Below, in pieces: positions 42,886-54,500 of a stretch of 64,000 nt of DNA (position 1 is the stretch's first letter; every line of letters begins with the position of its first letter). The notes under the pieces are model-generated. The model had not been told where the DNA came from, did no database searches, and saw only the letters and a list, made by a program, of their open reading frames with translations. The stretch covers positions 9,859 to 73,858 of the forward strand of contig JBFRWD010000102.1 in the NCBI GenBank assembly GCA_051439425.1. Reading direction: 5' to 3'. This DNA comes from Synechococcus sp. Lineage in GTDB: Bacteria; Cyanobacteriota; Cyanobacteriia; Thermostichales; PCC-7336. The translations under genes were made by a program, and so were the position numbers.

Positions 42886-43021
42886 TCAGGGCTGTTTCAT
42901 TCTAGTTATTGACATTCTATGCATTTACGAGAATAAGCTGTTTCAGCTATCCAGCAAGCTATTTGAAGATGCGCCATGGCTCCAAGACTCGTTGCTCAAA
43001 TCTAGAATGAAATGCCCCTGA
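42886..43021. mobile_element. MITE-like element (~135 bp)
   Basis: Terminal inverted repeats TCAGGGCTGTTTCATTCTAG / CTAGAATGAAATGCCCCTGA (17 of 20 match); no ORF of its own. Confidence 0.65.
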
Positions 43022-43576
43022 AGGGTTTTTCATGATAGGTATTGTGTAAATAATTAGATCATTAGTCATTATAGGAAACAAATGTTCAGAAACAATATAT
43101 AGCCCATAATGGTCATCATATGTTAGTTTAAAAAGGCATGAATGTGCCATCCTTAAATAAGGAACAGTAGATATAACTGAAGACTAGAAGTGGAAAGAAT
43201 CTAGTGCCAAAGGAATCATTGAAGAGCATTAAGAGAAAGAATGTTCTAATCAAAACAAATTATCGTCATTTATATTTTAGCTAAATAGCTTAAGCGTAAC
43301 TGGACGAGCAATATTCAATCTCCAGTTTAGAAGTTTCAGGTATCTAGAAATAATGCCCTCAACTAAAAAGTGGGTTGATGAAAGAATCAAACATATCATT
43401 GGGCTCAACATTAGAATGGGTTTGCTGAAAACAATAAAAAGGGTAGTAATTATTATTACAGAGCTTATGGACATAATATAGCACTAGCAATCAAAGCTTA
43501 CTTCAGAGAAGGCAAATCGAGGCACCATTTGTATGAATGAGTTTTCGTAGATCAACACTCTCAATAATCAGCAATA

Positions 43577-44747
43577 GGGTGCATCCCAGTTTTGAAAAGA
43601 GCATAGAGGTTGCAGGCGAGTAGAGAGGTTAAGGTGCAAGAGCAAGTCCTCGCCGAGCCATCATGGATGCAGAGAAACTAGCGAAAGTGCAAGCACACAC
43701 AACAGCAATAGCAGCCTTGCTGTACGAAGAAACAGACCCCGAACAAGTGAAGACGCTGGAAGGAATAGAACAGGCCATCCGAGGTCATTTATTGGAAACC
43801 GTTGGCCCTCAGATGGCAGATTTTTTATCCAAACGAGCAGTGGTGCAAGCTCGGGACGCCAACGGCGAATTCAAAGCATCATCGGAGCCATAAAAATCAG
43901 CGAAAGGCAGGCTGAACAGTTGCGAGTAAAGAAGCACACCCGATGGAGTCCCTACGTGGAGAGATGCTGTCTGCTGGTAAGTGCGAATGTGTCTGACGAG
44001 CGGGCTTCGGAGGATATCCAGATGTTGACCGGTATTGCTGTCTCCAGGGGAACTCAACAGCGACTGGTGCACCGTCAGAGTTTTGAGGAGCCGGTAGGGA
44101 CAGCCATCGTAGAAGAGATGAGTCTGGATGGAGGTAAGGTGCGTCTACGAACGCCGAAAGGTCAAGCGTGCCAATGGCGTGACTACAAAGCCGTCAATCT
44201 CCATGAACAGAGAATTGCAGCTCGATTTCAAGACAATGGTGGATTAATCCATTGGGTCAATCAACACCGATTGGGGCAGCCGTTGGTTTGCTTGGGAGAT
44301 GGCCATGATGGCATCTGGAATCTGTTTGCCAACATCGGTAGTGATGAACAGCGCTGTGAAGTGTTGGATTGGTACCACTTGATGGAAAACCTGGGTAGGG
44401 TCGGTGGCTCGCCACAACGACTCCACCGGGTGGAGACTCTGCTGTGGCAAGGGAATGTTGATGGGGTGATTGACCAATTTCGAGATTGGCAACACCAGCG
44501 GGTAGAACGCTTCATTGCCTATCTGAACAAGCATCGCCACCGCATCGTCAACTACAGCTATTTCCAGGCGGAGGGGATTTCCATTGGCTCAGGCTCGATT
44601 GAGTCCGCCATCAAGCAGATTGGCCGGCGCATTAAGATTTCGGGCGCTCAGTGGAAGGCAGACAATGTCCCCCAAGTTCTCAAACATCGTTGTTTCTATC
44701 TCAATGGATGCTTCTCTGCCTGATAACTGCAAAACTGGGATGCACCC
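43577..44747 (+). mobile_element. Complete insertion sequence, ISKra4-like (1171 bp)
   Basis: Perfect 18-bp TIRs GGGTGCATCCCAGTTTTG / CAAAACTGGGATGCACCC; 8-bp target duplication CAGCAATA at 43569-43576 and 44748-44755. Confidence 0.93.
43663..44723 (+). CDS. ISKra4-like transposase, two ORFs joined by a -1 frameshift
   Basis: ORF1 43663-43893; slippery T TTT TTA at 43821-43827 leads into the -1 frame (FIQTSSG...); DGG, GDGHDGIW, LDWYHL and IGSG.IES motifs. Confidence 0.88.
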
Positions 44748-45269
44748 CAGCAATATTAGCTATCGCTGGAGGTGAAGGATCTAATATCGAATCTTAATGA
44801 AAGCAAATAGATAAAATAGTAGTTCCAAACATCTTGCCTGTAGCCTAAGAACTATAAGAATATCTCAGTGTAAGAGTCGCGGAGCTTGTTGATATGCCAC
44901 TAAATCCAATTAGCGTGAATATGTCTTGAACAGAGGTTCATCTATATTGTGAGATTTCCACTCTAACAATATGCAATGCAAAGCCAGAAATATAAATATG
45001 ACAGAGATAAGAATTGAGGAATATATCATTCTCATAGGAAAGGGGAAGGAAGAACTAAATTCGGTCGCCACCCTAGTTCACAGGTACTATGGCAATGCAA
45101 ACTACAACTAGGGAAATCAAATAAACCGTTTTTAACAAATCGAAAGGATTTATCATGAGCACCATTCTTCGGGATCAACAGCTGAACTAAATCCTAGAGG
45201 AAGGCTTGCATCTAATAGAAAGAACAAATGGAATGAAACTCATAGGTAAGCATTGTGATAGGCTATTTA

Positions 45270-46217
45270 ATGAAAAACGCACGATTTGATATAAAAATGA
45301 ATGCCAAACACAATAAACTAATTAACACAGCAGGGGGACCTCTTCCAAATTTGCTAATCATTGGAGTTCAAAAAGCAGGCACAAGTTGGCTACACAGAAG
45401 ACTAGCATCTCAAAGCAAAATCTTTATGTCCCGCAAAAAAGAACTTCGTTATTTCACAGGGACTGAAGACGACTTTTCTCAATCTAGATTTGATGAATAC
45501 TTAGCTAATTTTAGTGATTCAATTCCAAATGATATAGTGATCGGAGAGTCCACTCCAAGATATTTTCCAAATTGGAATTCAGAAAACGGACACACTGCAA
45601 AGCATAACATTCCACAACATATTCAAACAATATTAGGAGAGAATGTCAAGTTAATATTAATATTAAGACATCCGGTATCAAGAGCAATTTCGGGTCTTTT
45701 TCATCACTTTAAGATGGGAAGAATTACAAATGGTGAGGGTATATTTTCTGAAAACTCAGAATCATTCAAGTCACTTCAAAAAGGAATAGTTGATATAGGC
45801 TACTATCATAAGCACTTTGAAGCATGGGATAAAGTTTTTGGGGAAGATAAAATGCTCGTGTTATTTCATGATGATATTTCCAGTAACAGCAGCAAGATGT
45901 TACAGGATATATCCAGATTTTTAGACTTACCTATTGAGGTCGATGATAACTTTTGGAATGTTATTCATAAATCAGGTGATTTCCGAATAGTCAATGGAGC
46001 TCTAACGTTTAAGAATCAATCAGAATGGACTAAGAAAAGAATTACAAGTGCAAAGTTGAAAAGCGGATTGAAGGATATTATCCTACCTCAAGTATCAGAA
46101 ACTGACGTAGATAGGTTAAATGATTTATATTTTGAAACAGTACAGTATGTTTTACAAAGATATCCAGATCGATGTAGATGGAATCAGAAGTATAAATTAA
46201 CCGACTATCTATTATAA
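45270..46217 (+). CDS. Sulfotransferase family protein
   Basis: 5'-PSB-like PNLLIIGVQKAGTSWL, KEL.YF, GESTP.Y and 3'-PB ILRHPVSRAIS. Confidence 0.88.
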   Translation: MKNARFDIKMNAKHNKLINTAGGPLPNLLIIGVQKAGTSWLHRRLASQSKIFMSRKKELRYFTGTEDDFSQSRFDEYLANFSDSIPNDIVIGESTPRYFPNWNSENGHTAKHNIPQHIQTILGENVKLILILRHPVSRAISGLFHHFKMGRITNGEGIFSENSESFKSLQKGIVDIGYYHKHFEAWDKVFGEDKMLVLFHDDISSNSSKMLQDISRFLDLPIEVDDNFWNVIHKSGDFRIVNGALTFKNQSEWTKKRITSAKLKSGLKDIILPQVSETDVDRLNDLYFETVQYVLQRYPDRCRWNQKYKLTDYLL

Positions 46218-47299
46218 AATGCTCCCCCTTCATACCACTTATGAAGAATCATTTATGGACTTTCTATATGTGAAGGATATGGAAGACATCAGAGGGCGGT
46301 TGAAAGGTCAATGACATAGCTAACAAAGGTATTAATAATCTCACCTTAAAATACATCGAGAGGGTAAAAAAGATGCTCAGGGTGGTAGTTAATAAATCGG
46401 AAAACAACGGAGAAATAGAAGCGAGACGTTTGTTTCAAAGCTAATTAAAGTGTACAAACCAGTCATGGAATCTCAGCTCCATTCGCTAGAATCCTCCCAG
46501 CATCAATCGTCAGCGACAAGCTAATGGTAGTGATTTGGATTGCATCAATAATGTGAGACTTTGGATGTTTAATACGAATATAAAGTTAAATCGCATTAGT
46601 CAGATTGAAGAGTGGCATCTGGATTATGTCAGCCACATAGAAAGTGGACCGCTAAGTAAAAAGTCCTCAAAGCTAACGAATGGAGATAAATGAAAAGAAA
46701 AGCCAGAGATACATTAGATATCAGCAGTAAATCAATCAATCTCTGTATTAAGCAAAGCGAAAAAAGGGTTAGTTTCTCAATAATTGCAGAGTCGAAGGAG
46801 AATGGTCAAAAACTAAGAACCAGCAGGCATTTCGAAAAGTAGGTAACGATTAGGAAACAGCCGCTGGAAAACCTTTGGGCAGGTATCTTTCAGTTACTGA
46901 AAGAAGGGGATAGCACGAGTATAAACGTACTCTTATAAAAAATTAAAACCAGTGATTGAATGAAGTATTCCTGGGTAATAAGAGTGCTTCTCTCAAGAAG
47001 TTTTAAAGAACAGTAGTATTTTTTAACGTCTTAGATAACAATAAACTATTATTTAAAATAAATATACCATAAGAGATTGAAAAGCAATTATTTAAAACTA
47101 GTGTGATCTCCTTCATTTAACCAATTCGTGGTTTCTATATAATCGAACAAGTTGAGTTTATCTATGAATTTCTAATGGAATAGATTTGAAAAACGAATAA
47201 CAACTAATCCACAGAATAGTTATTCGAGATAAGGCACAGTCAAAATGTAGTATAATTATTAGAATGTGCTAGATCAATCTCGATAGATGTTGAATAATT

Positions 47300-47422
47300 G
47301 GATGCATCCCAGTTTTGCAGCGAGTATAAATACTTGCAACTTCAATCCTTCTCATAGCAATGCTTTTGAGGGGGCTTGAAAAAATGCGAGGGGTGAGCTT
47401 TCTACATAATTGGGATGCGCCC
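47300..47422. mobile_element. 123-bp MITE with the same ends as the ISKra4-like element
   Basis: Left end GGATGCATCCCAGTTTTG, right end CATAATTGGGATGCGCCC; 8-bp target duplication GAATAATT at 47292-47299 and 47423-47430. Confidence 0.85.
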
Positions 47423-47504
47423 GAATAATTGAAGTATTTAATCAGATGTGTTGTAGTGACTTAAGTATTTATTAGCTAGAAAGCAATTACTGTATATAAA
47501 AAAG

Positions 47505-48305
47505 ATGGCTCAACTAAATTCCTCTACAATCCGTCCAAACCTTCGTATAGTACTTGAACTGTCACGCCAGGATTTAGCTGTAAATAATTCTCGCTCGAAT
47601 CTAGGCTGGTTATGGTGGTTCTTAGACCCACTTGCCCAGATTGGGATCTTGTGGTTTTTTAAGGTTCTGGTTTTTGGAGTAGATAGATATCAACCGTATG
47701 TTATTTTCGTTGGATGCGCAATTATCTGTTGGAAGTTTTTAAGTTCATCAGTGAATCGTTCATCAAATCTATTGCGTGCTAAAGAATCGCTGATAAAGTC
47801 TTTCCCATTTCCAACAATCGTGCTTCCATGCTCGCTAGTTTTTACACAATTAATATTCTTTTTGACAGGGTTAATCGTTTTGATAGGAGTAGCAGTATTA
47901 ATCGGTCAACCAGTTACACCAATGCTGCTTCAGATTATACCATTAACACTTTTGATGATACTTGCAGTTTTAGGTGTTACTTTGTTAGTAGCAGTTTTAG
48001 GTGTCTTTCTGCAAGATTTGAACAATATAACTACACACCTACTCCGGATTCTTTGGTACCTTAGCCCAGGAATATACAGCACATCTCTGGTAGCAGAGCG
48101 TTTCGGAGTAGACCCAACATGGGTGAGAATATATAAACTCAGTCCAGTTGCAATTCTTTTTGAAGGCTTTCGTTCTTCAATATTTAGTCCAGAATGGATT
48201 TCACCTCAAGACTGGATTGTATTCGCAGGATTCTCCTTCATTGCCGTTACAATTGGTTTTGCAACCTATCAACGCTTCGATCGGCGACTAATCAAGTACT
48301 TTTAA
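47505..48305 (+). CDS. wzm: Polysaccharide ABC exporter permease (Wzm/TagG type)
   Basis: SNLGWLWWFLDPL, ESLIKSFPFP, FLQDL and YLSPGIYS; six TM helices. Confidence 0.9.
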   Translation: MAQLNSSTIRPNLRIVLELSRQDLAVNNSRSNLGWLWWFLDPLAQIGILWFFKVLVFGVDRYQPYVIFVGCAIICWKFLSSSVNRSSNLLRAKESLIKSFPFPTIVLPCSLVFTQLIFFLTGLIVLIGVAVLIGQPVTPMLLQIIPLTLLMILAVLGVTLLVAVLGVFLQDLNNITTHLLRILWYLSPGIYSTSLVAERFGVDPTWVRIYKLSPVAILFEGFRSSIFSPEWISPQDWIVFAGFSFIAVTIGFATYQRFDRRLIKYF

Positions 48306-49162
48306 TGAGAAAGAATATTACAAGAACAGCAGATAGTGCAAAAAACGAGCACAAGCAAGCAATCTTGGAGGCGAGAGGCGTAGGGTTGTGCTATAACCTC
48401 AAAACAGCTAAAGCATTTAAGAATCGACGTAAAGCTGCAAAGATTAAAGACTTGCGATTTGAGGACAATTTATTTTGGGCCCTTAGAGATATAAACCTTG
48501 ACTTCTACTCGGGGCAAACAATTGGAATAATCGGTCCTAACGGTGCTGGCAAAAGCACACTATGTTCCGTCCTCGCTGGTATTATTCCTCCTGACGAAGG
48601 AATTGTAAAATCTAGAGGAGATGTTGGAGCACTACTTTCGATTGGAGCTGGTGGCTCTGGTTGGCTAACTGGCCGTCAAAATATTATGACAACATCTATT
48701 TTATTTGGTTTATCTCGCGAAGAGATCAAAGAAAGAATTGATGAGATCATTGAATTCTCTGGGCTTGGCGAACATATAGATCAACCTGTACGAACCTATT
48801 CATCTGGAATGAAGTCGAGACTCACTTTTTCTGTTGCTACGTGTATTGAAAGAGAAATCTTATTCCTCGATGAAGTTTTGAGTGTAGGAGACAAATCCTT
48901 CAAAAAGAAAGCACAAAAGCGTATGACTGCGATGATGAGTTCAAGCAAGTTAGTAGTCGTAGTTTCCCATAGTCTATCTTTTGTAAGAGAGACTACTACA
49001 CATTGTCTCTGGCTAAACAAAGGACGTGTAAAGAGATTTGGAAAGCCAGATGATGTAGTTGCTGCATACGAAGAATTTGAAGAGAGAAAACAAGAGAAGA
49101 AACAAAAAAGAAAAGCCAAACGAAATCCACAAACTAATGAGGTTCAACAATCAAGTTACTAA
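48305..49162 (+). CDS. wzt: Polysaccharide ABC exporter ATPase (Wzt/TagH type), no C-terminal carbohydrate-binding domain
   Basis: FWALRDI, GPNGAGKST, YSSGMKSRL, LDEVLSVGD, VVSH; TAATG stop/start coupling with wzm. Confidence 0.92.
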   Translation: MRKNITRTADSAKNEHKQAILEARGVGLCYNLKTAKAFKNRRKAAKIKDLRFEDNLFWALRDINLDFYSGQTIGIIGPNGAGKSTLCSVLAGIIPPDEGIVKSRGDVGALLSIGAGGSGWLTGRQNIMTTSILFGLSREEIKERIDEIIEFSGLGEHIDQPVRTYSSGMKSRLTFSVATCIEREILFLDEVLSVGDKSFKKKAQKRMTAMMSSSKLVVVVSHSLSFVRETTTHCLWLNKGRVKRFGKPDDVVAAYEEFEERKQEKKQKRKAKRNPQTNEVQQSSY

Positions 49163-49337
49163 ATAGATAATACAAACATGAATACTTATATTATCTGGCA
49201 GAGATGATTTTTTCTTAAAAAGACAAAATCCTAAAATATCCGAATATAGCTTCTGGTATGTCTAAGAATACCTAGTGCAAAATAGCTCTCTTCCATAAAA
49301 GAACTTAACTACATGGAGGTAGCAGTCATAAATAGCT

Positions 49338-50684
49338 CTAATTAGTCATTTCTTTTTGATAGACCTGATTTAACAACTTATTGAATTTTGCAATTTTAGG
49401 ATTTATCTGAATAGATTTTCTAAGAACAGATGCCGCACGTACCGGTCCGCTATACTTCAAGAAATCTTTGACAATGCCTCTGTAGTAATTATCATCGGTG
49501 ATTCCAATCTCAATGGCGTTTTGAAAAGAATGTTCCAGCAAGTATTTTGAGGCTGGATGACAGTCTTCACTATGTTCACGCAAAAACCTAGAGTAATGCA
49601 GACAAAGGATAGGGTTATCAAGAATTAGAGTAGGTATAGAGAAGTCACCACTAGTTCTATTTAGATCTTTATTATATTCTGGAAGGATTTGACGAAAGAA
49701 ATCAAGCGTTGTTAAGTCATAGGATTCAACTATCTGAGAAATATCTGTATAATTCTCTTGCTCTCCAGGATGACCATCATGTGGATTAAAATCTTTCTCA
49801 AATAAAAGCGAAAGGTCTGTATCAAACAACTTATCTATCTTCATTAAAGGTTTTCTGTTGTTGACAGTTATTACACTATCAAGAACAGGTTTTAGAACTG
49901 GTTTTGTCATTATCAGATTTTCAGAGAGTATGGCATGTATTTTCTTGAAGAAAAAGAGAATATTATTAGATTTAGTATGATGGTAGCCACTATGCTCTGC
50001 AAGAAAATCTCGCCTATAGTTCTGCAAAAGGATCATTTGCTCAGAGCTCAAGGATAAGTTCTTATTTTTGCTTTCATGAGAAAGATGGCTTAAGCTTTCA
50101 CTAGTAAAGTCTTCTAGCCTTTTATAAAAATCTAGAACAACGTCACCACCCGACAGTTTACGTTTATCAAATGCCTGTAAACTAAAGCAATCTTTACCTA
50201 CTAAAGAAATCCAACGCTCAAGAGGCCTATAAACCTTTATTTTAAACTCCAGTGGGTTTGAAATAATATGGTCAGCTTTGACTCTCTGTTGCATTAGAGA
50301 AAGGTAGAAGTCTGCAGGCCTGCGAATGTATGCGATTACTTTAATAGAACTAAATTTAATATCAATAGAATCTAGCAGTATTTTCTGTTGTTGCTCACTG
50401 ATACCTAACAAGTTTTCGGCAGACATCAGTATACATCTTACATTATGTTTTAGAGCCAGTTCTCGAATCTCTCTTAAGGAGTTTTGAGCTTGATTTTTTA
50501 GGGAGTAATGTTCTTCCCTAGGAGCTCTAGTATTTCCACCCAAAGCATAAATCAAATTTAAGTGGCTTCTCTCAGTGTGATAGAGAATGCCAGACTTGAG
50601 CAGCAATTTTGCGTTAACTCTCAAGTCTTTCTGTATGCTCGTTGTTCCTGTTTTTCCTTGGCCTACATGTAAGATCAAATCCAT
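49338..50684 (-). CDS. Sulfotransferase-like P-loop protein
   Basis: LILHVGQGKTGTTSIQ, LMSAENL and IAYIRRP motifs of the sulfotransferase-like family common in glycan clusters. Confidence 0.7.
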   Translation of the reverse strand: MDLILHVGQGKTGTTSIQKDLRVNAKLLLKSGILYHTERSHLNLIYALGGNTRAPREEHYSLKNQAQNSLREIRELALKHNVRCILMSAENLLGISEQQQKILLDSIDIKFSSIKVIAYIRRPADFYLSLMQQRVKADHIISNPLEFKIKVYRPLERWISLVGKDCFSLQAFDKRKLSGGDVVLDFYKRLEDFTSESLSHLSHESKNKNLSLSSEQMILLQNYRRDFLAEHSGYHHTKSNNILFFFKKIHAILSENLIMTKPVLKPVLDSVITVNNRKPLMKIDKLFDTDLSLLFEKDFNPHDGHPGEQENYTDISQIVESYDLTTLDFFRQILPEYNKDLNRTSGDFSIPTLILDNPILCLHYSRFLREHSEDCHPASKYLLEHSFQNAIEIGITDDNYYRGIVKDFLKYSGPVRAASVLRKSIQINPKIAKFNKLLNQVYQKEMTN

Positions 50685-51578
50685 CTCATACCCTCTCAAA
50701 GCTTTTTTATAAAAAATCCTCAATAATAGAATTCAAGGAAAATAGAAATATATCTTATATTTCAGCTTGAATAGAAGTAAGAGAATTAAACACATTTAAT
50801 ACCTTAATCTATATTGCATCACAAAAGGCTATAAAGCGATGAATTCTACCTAGCTCTGTAAGAATGCATATCAAGGCTTTTTCTTATATAAACTGCTCGG
50901 TAGCTTTTCAAAAATTTTACTTTAGCATCCACAATAGTAACACAAAAAATAAATTATCATAAGGGATACTAGAAAAGAACAATAGTATATTTAATGCCCA
51001 TACACATGAACACCAACTCTATGTCTATCAATGCACTTATTATACAACCACTTTAATGTCAAGCTTTCAATCTCTGATTTATTCTTCTACTAATCTTTTA
51101 ATAAGATTTATACCCTAGCATTGACTTATGCAAATTCCAATATCTCTCCAGAAGTATTTAGGTCATTCCTATAGAGTTTATATTCAACGGACTTAAATAT
51201 CTCTGGTATCTTTAGACAGTGTCGGCGAATCAACTTCTGAAGTTTTACCATTCCAACTCATACATAGAACTCCAAAATAGACCTCCAATATCTTAGACGA
51301 TTAAAATATTTCCTAAACAGAAATCTTTAGTAGTTTTATCACTGCAATTAGTAACTACTTCTTTGTTATTTTTGTGACAAGTGCATCACTAGCTAGGATT
51401 AGGATAGAATTTCTGACTCTAGAGTCATTCACCCCATCCTCTTTAGCTCGAACAATCGTGCTAGTTTTATTGGCCATCTGATATCGGAAATCGAATCTCA
51501 CAAGGTACAACAAATATTTAGTATAATAAACTTTTAGTCAACACAGCACGCACTACTTTTCTTCATTCATTAGATGAC

Positions 51579-54500
51579 ATGATTGCTCCTAACCAGCTTA
51601 TTGTTTTGGGAATGCACCGTTCCGGAACTTCTTGTGTAACTCGCATTCTTAGCCTAATGGGAGCATATTGTGGTCAACCCAGCATGCTAACTGGGGCAAA
51701 TGATGAGAACCCCAAAGGTTTTTTTGAGCGGCGCGATATTCGTCAGATTTGCGACAGACTCTTGCATAGTACAGGTGCTGACTGGTGGAAAGTCTCTGAT
51801 TTTTCTGTAAAAAATATTCCAAACGAGGTCATTGAAGAATGTCATGATGTCTTTCAAGCCGCTCTTACCGATCTCAACTCACACCTACCTTGGGTGATAA
51901 AAGAACCCAGACTCTGTCTTCTATTTCCAATCTTTCGCCAATGGCTAACCGACCCCATCTGCATTCATGTTCATAGAAACCCCCTAGAAGTGGCACGTTC
52001 ATTACGTACCCGAAATGGTTTTAGTATTAGCTTTGGTCTAGCTTTGAGAGAAACTTATCATCGTCATGCAATATCTGCCTCTACTGGTTTACCTCATTTG
52101 TGTGTCTCTTACAACGACTTAATGAGTCAAGCTGAGATAGAGATTCCTCGTTTACACGAACGGTTGACTTCTTCTGGAGTTGCGGGATTATCTCTGCCGG
52201 CACAATCTGATTTGCATGTGTTTGTGGATCGTAATCTATATCGACAACGAGAACAAACATCTCAATCCATTGTATTTGCCCTACCTACTCAAGCGGAGTT
52301 TCATCCAACTGATTTAGAATCAGCTGGTAACGAATCATTATTCAATAGTGAAAGCTTATTTCAAAGTATTGACTATGCATTGCGAGATGGAGAACGTCTT
52401 CATCAACAGTCAACTGCTTTCGAATTAATAATTAAGAAGCTAGAAAACAAGAATCGATACCTTGAATCTGAGTTATCTCGTATTCAAGAGGTTTCAAGAG
52501 CAAGAAGATCTCACATCAACCAACTTGAGAGAGATGTCAATAGTCAAACGAGAATTGCAAATCTGAAATCAAAGACTATTCAAGAGACATCAAAGACTAT
52601 TCAAGAGAAATCAAAGACTATTCAGAAGCAATCTGAAATAATCCAGAAATACAGGCAAGAGCTTTTAGAAATAACTTCATCAGATATATTTAGAATAACA
52701 AATTTATTTGCAAAAGCCTATGGACTTTTACTACCCAAAGCCATTAAGCCATTTGTTCGTTCGTCTGCAAAAGTAGGCTACCACATGGGTCTTAGTACGA
52801 TCCAATTAGCAAAAGGAATCCTTCGATTTAATCTTCAAACAATTTTCAAAACTTCTAAAAGCAAAAGCTTTAATAGAGATAGATTTTTCAAAAGTAGGCA
52901 GAACTTTGAAAAGTTTCATCAACTGGAAGTTGACGTTATTGTTTGTGTCCACAACAGCTTAGAGGATGTCATATCTTGTTTGAGATCGGTAGTGGGATTG
53001 CAAATGGACAATGTGCGGATTATTGCTGTTGACGATGGTTCTGATGAAGAAACTAGAAATTATTTGTCGAATTTCTTTGCAGATCGACCCAACGATAGAT
53101 TGATTGTTCATCAAAAAGCAAAGGGTTACACTTGTGCTGCCAATGCCGGATTAAAAGCATCTACTGGAGATTATGTAGTTCTTCTCAACAGTGACACGAT
53201 TGTTACTGATGGTTGGCTGGAAAAACTCTTAATGGTTGGAGAATCCGATCCTGCTATCGGAATCGTCGGCCCACTCTCAAATGCTGCTAGTTGGCAGTCC
53301 ATACCTGAAGTCATGCGAAAAGACGGAAAGGATTGGTCCGTTAATCCTATTCCATCTGGTTTATCGATAGAGAGAATGAATCAAATTGTCGATCTGCAAT
53401 CTAACCTAATATTCCCCCGTGTCCCTTTATTAAATGGTTTTTGTTATGCCATTAAGCGTTCCACTATTGAAAAGATTGGCTATTTAGATGAAGAAAACTT
53501 CCCAAAAGGATATGGAGAAGAAAATGACTATAGTTTTAGAGCTGCTGATGCAGGATTTTCCTTAGCAATTGCCACACATTGTTACATCTATCATTCCAAA
53601 TCCAGAAGTTATACTCATGAGCGCCGTAAAGAGCTAGCCCGTTTGGGAGGAGATGCTTTTAATCTCAAACATGGTAAGGACCGTGTGGAAAATGCAGTTA
53701 AATTGATGAAAACTGAGCCTACATTAAAACAGATGCGCTCTAGAACTGAAGCTTTAATCAAAAAGCTTCCTCTATCAGGGTCGAAAGCTGATTCATTATG
53801 TTCAGTGCTATTCTTATTGCCTGTTCCAGGAGGAAGCGGTGGTGCCCATTCGGTAGTACAAGAGGCAACTGGGTTAAGAAAGCTAGGAGTTAACGCTCAA
53901 ATTGCCATGCCACAAGAGCATCGAATCGCGTTCGAAGCACATTATTTCGATACGTTTCCATTAGATGAATTATTGGCTGTATATGGAGATGAGACTCAAT
54001 TACTGGCTGAAGCAAAGCATTTCGATATTGTTGTTGCAACGATCTTTACCTCTATCAAATTACTTGACCTGATTTGCCAGAAATATCCAAACATTACTCC
54101 TGCCTACTACGCCCAAGACTACGAACCATTATTTGAATTATCGAAACGAGAGCGCCAAGAAGCTCTAAGCTCTTACACTCGCGTTCCTAATACAGCAATT
54201 TTTGCCAAAACTCAGTGGTTGCAGCAGGAAATTGAAAGTCATCATGATGTCAGAGTCTTTCGAGTTACCCCCAGTCTCGATCTCGATACATTTTTCGAAC
54301 ATGGGCGAACGGAAAATGCCCGTATACGGATTACAGCCATGGTTCGACTCAGCACCCCCCGGCGTGCTCCATTTCGAACCCTCCGCATCCTCCAAAGGAT
54401 TGCACAAACCCATTCAAACAGAGTCAAGATCCAAATTTTCGGCAGCAGCGATGCTGAGCTGCTTGAAGCAGGGGTTGATGTGGCCGAGTCAAACATTGAT

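Noticed and set aside
42585..43576. dusA-associated integrase
   Set aside because: No recombinase ORF or att duplication is visible.
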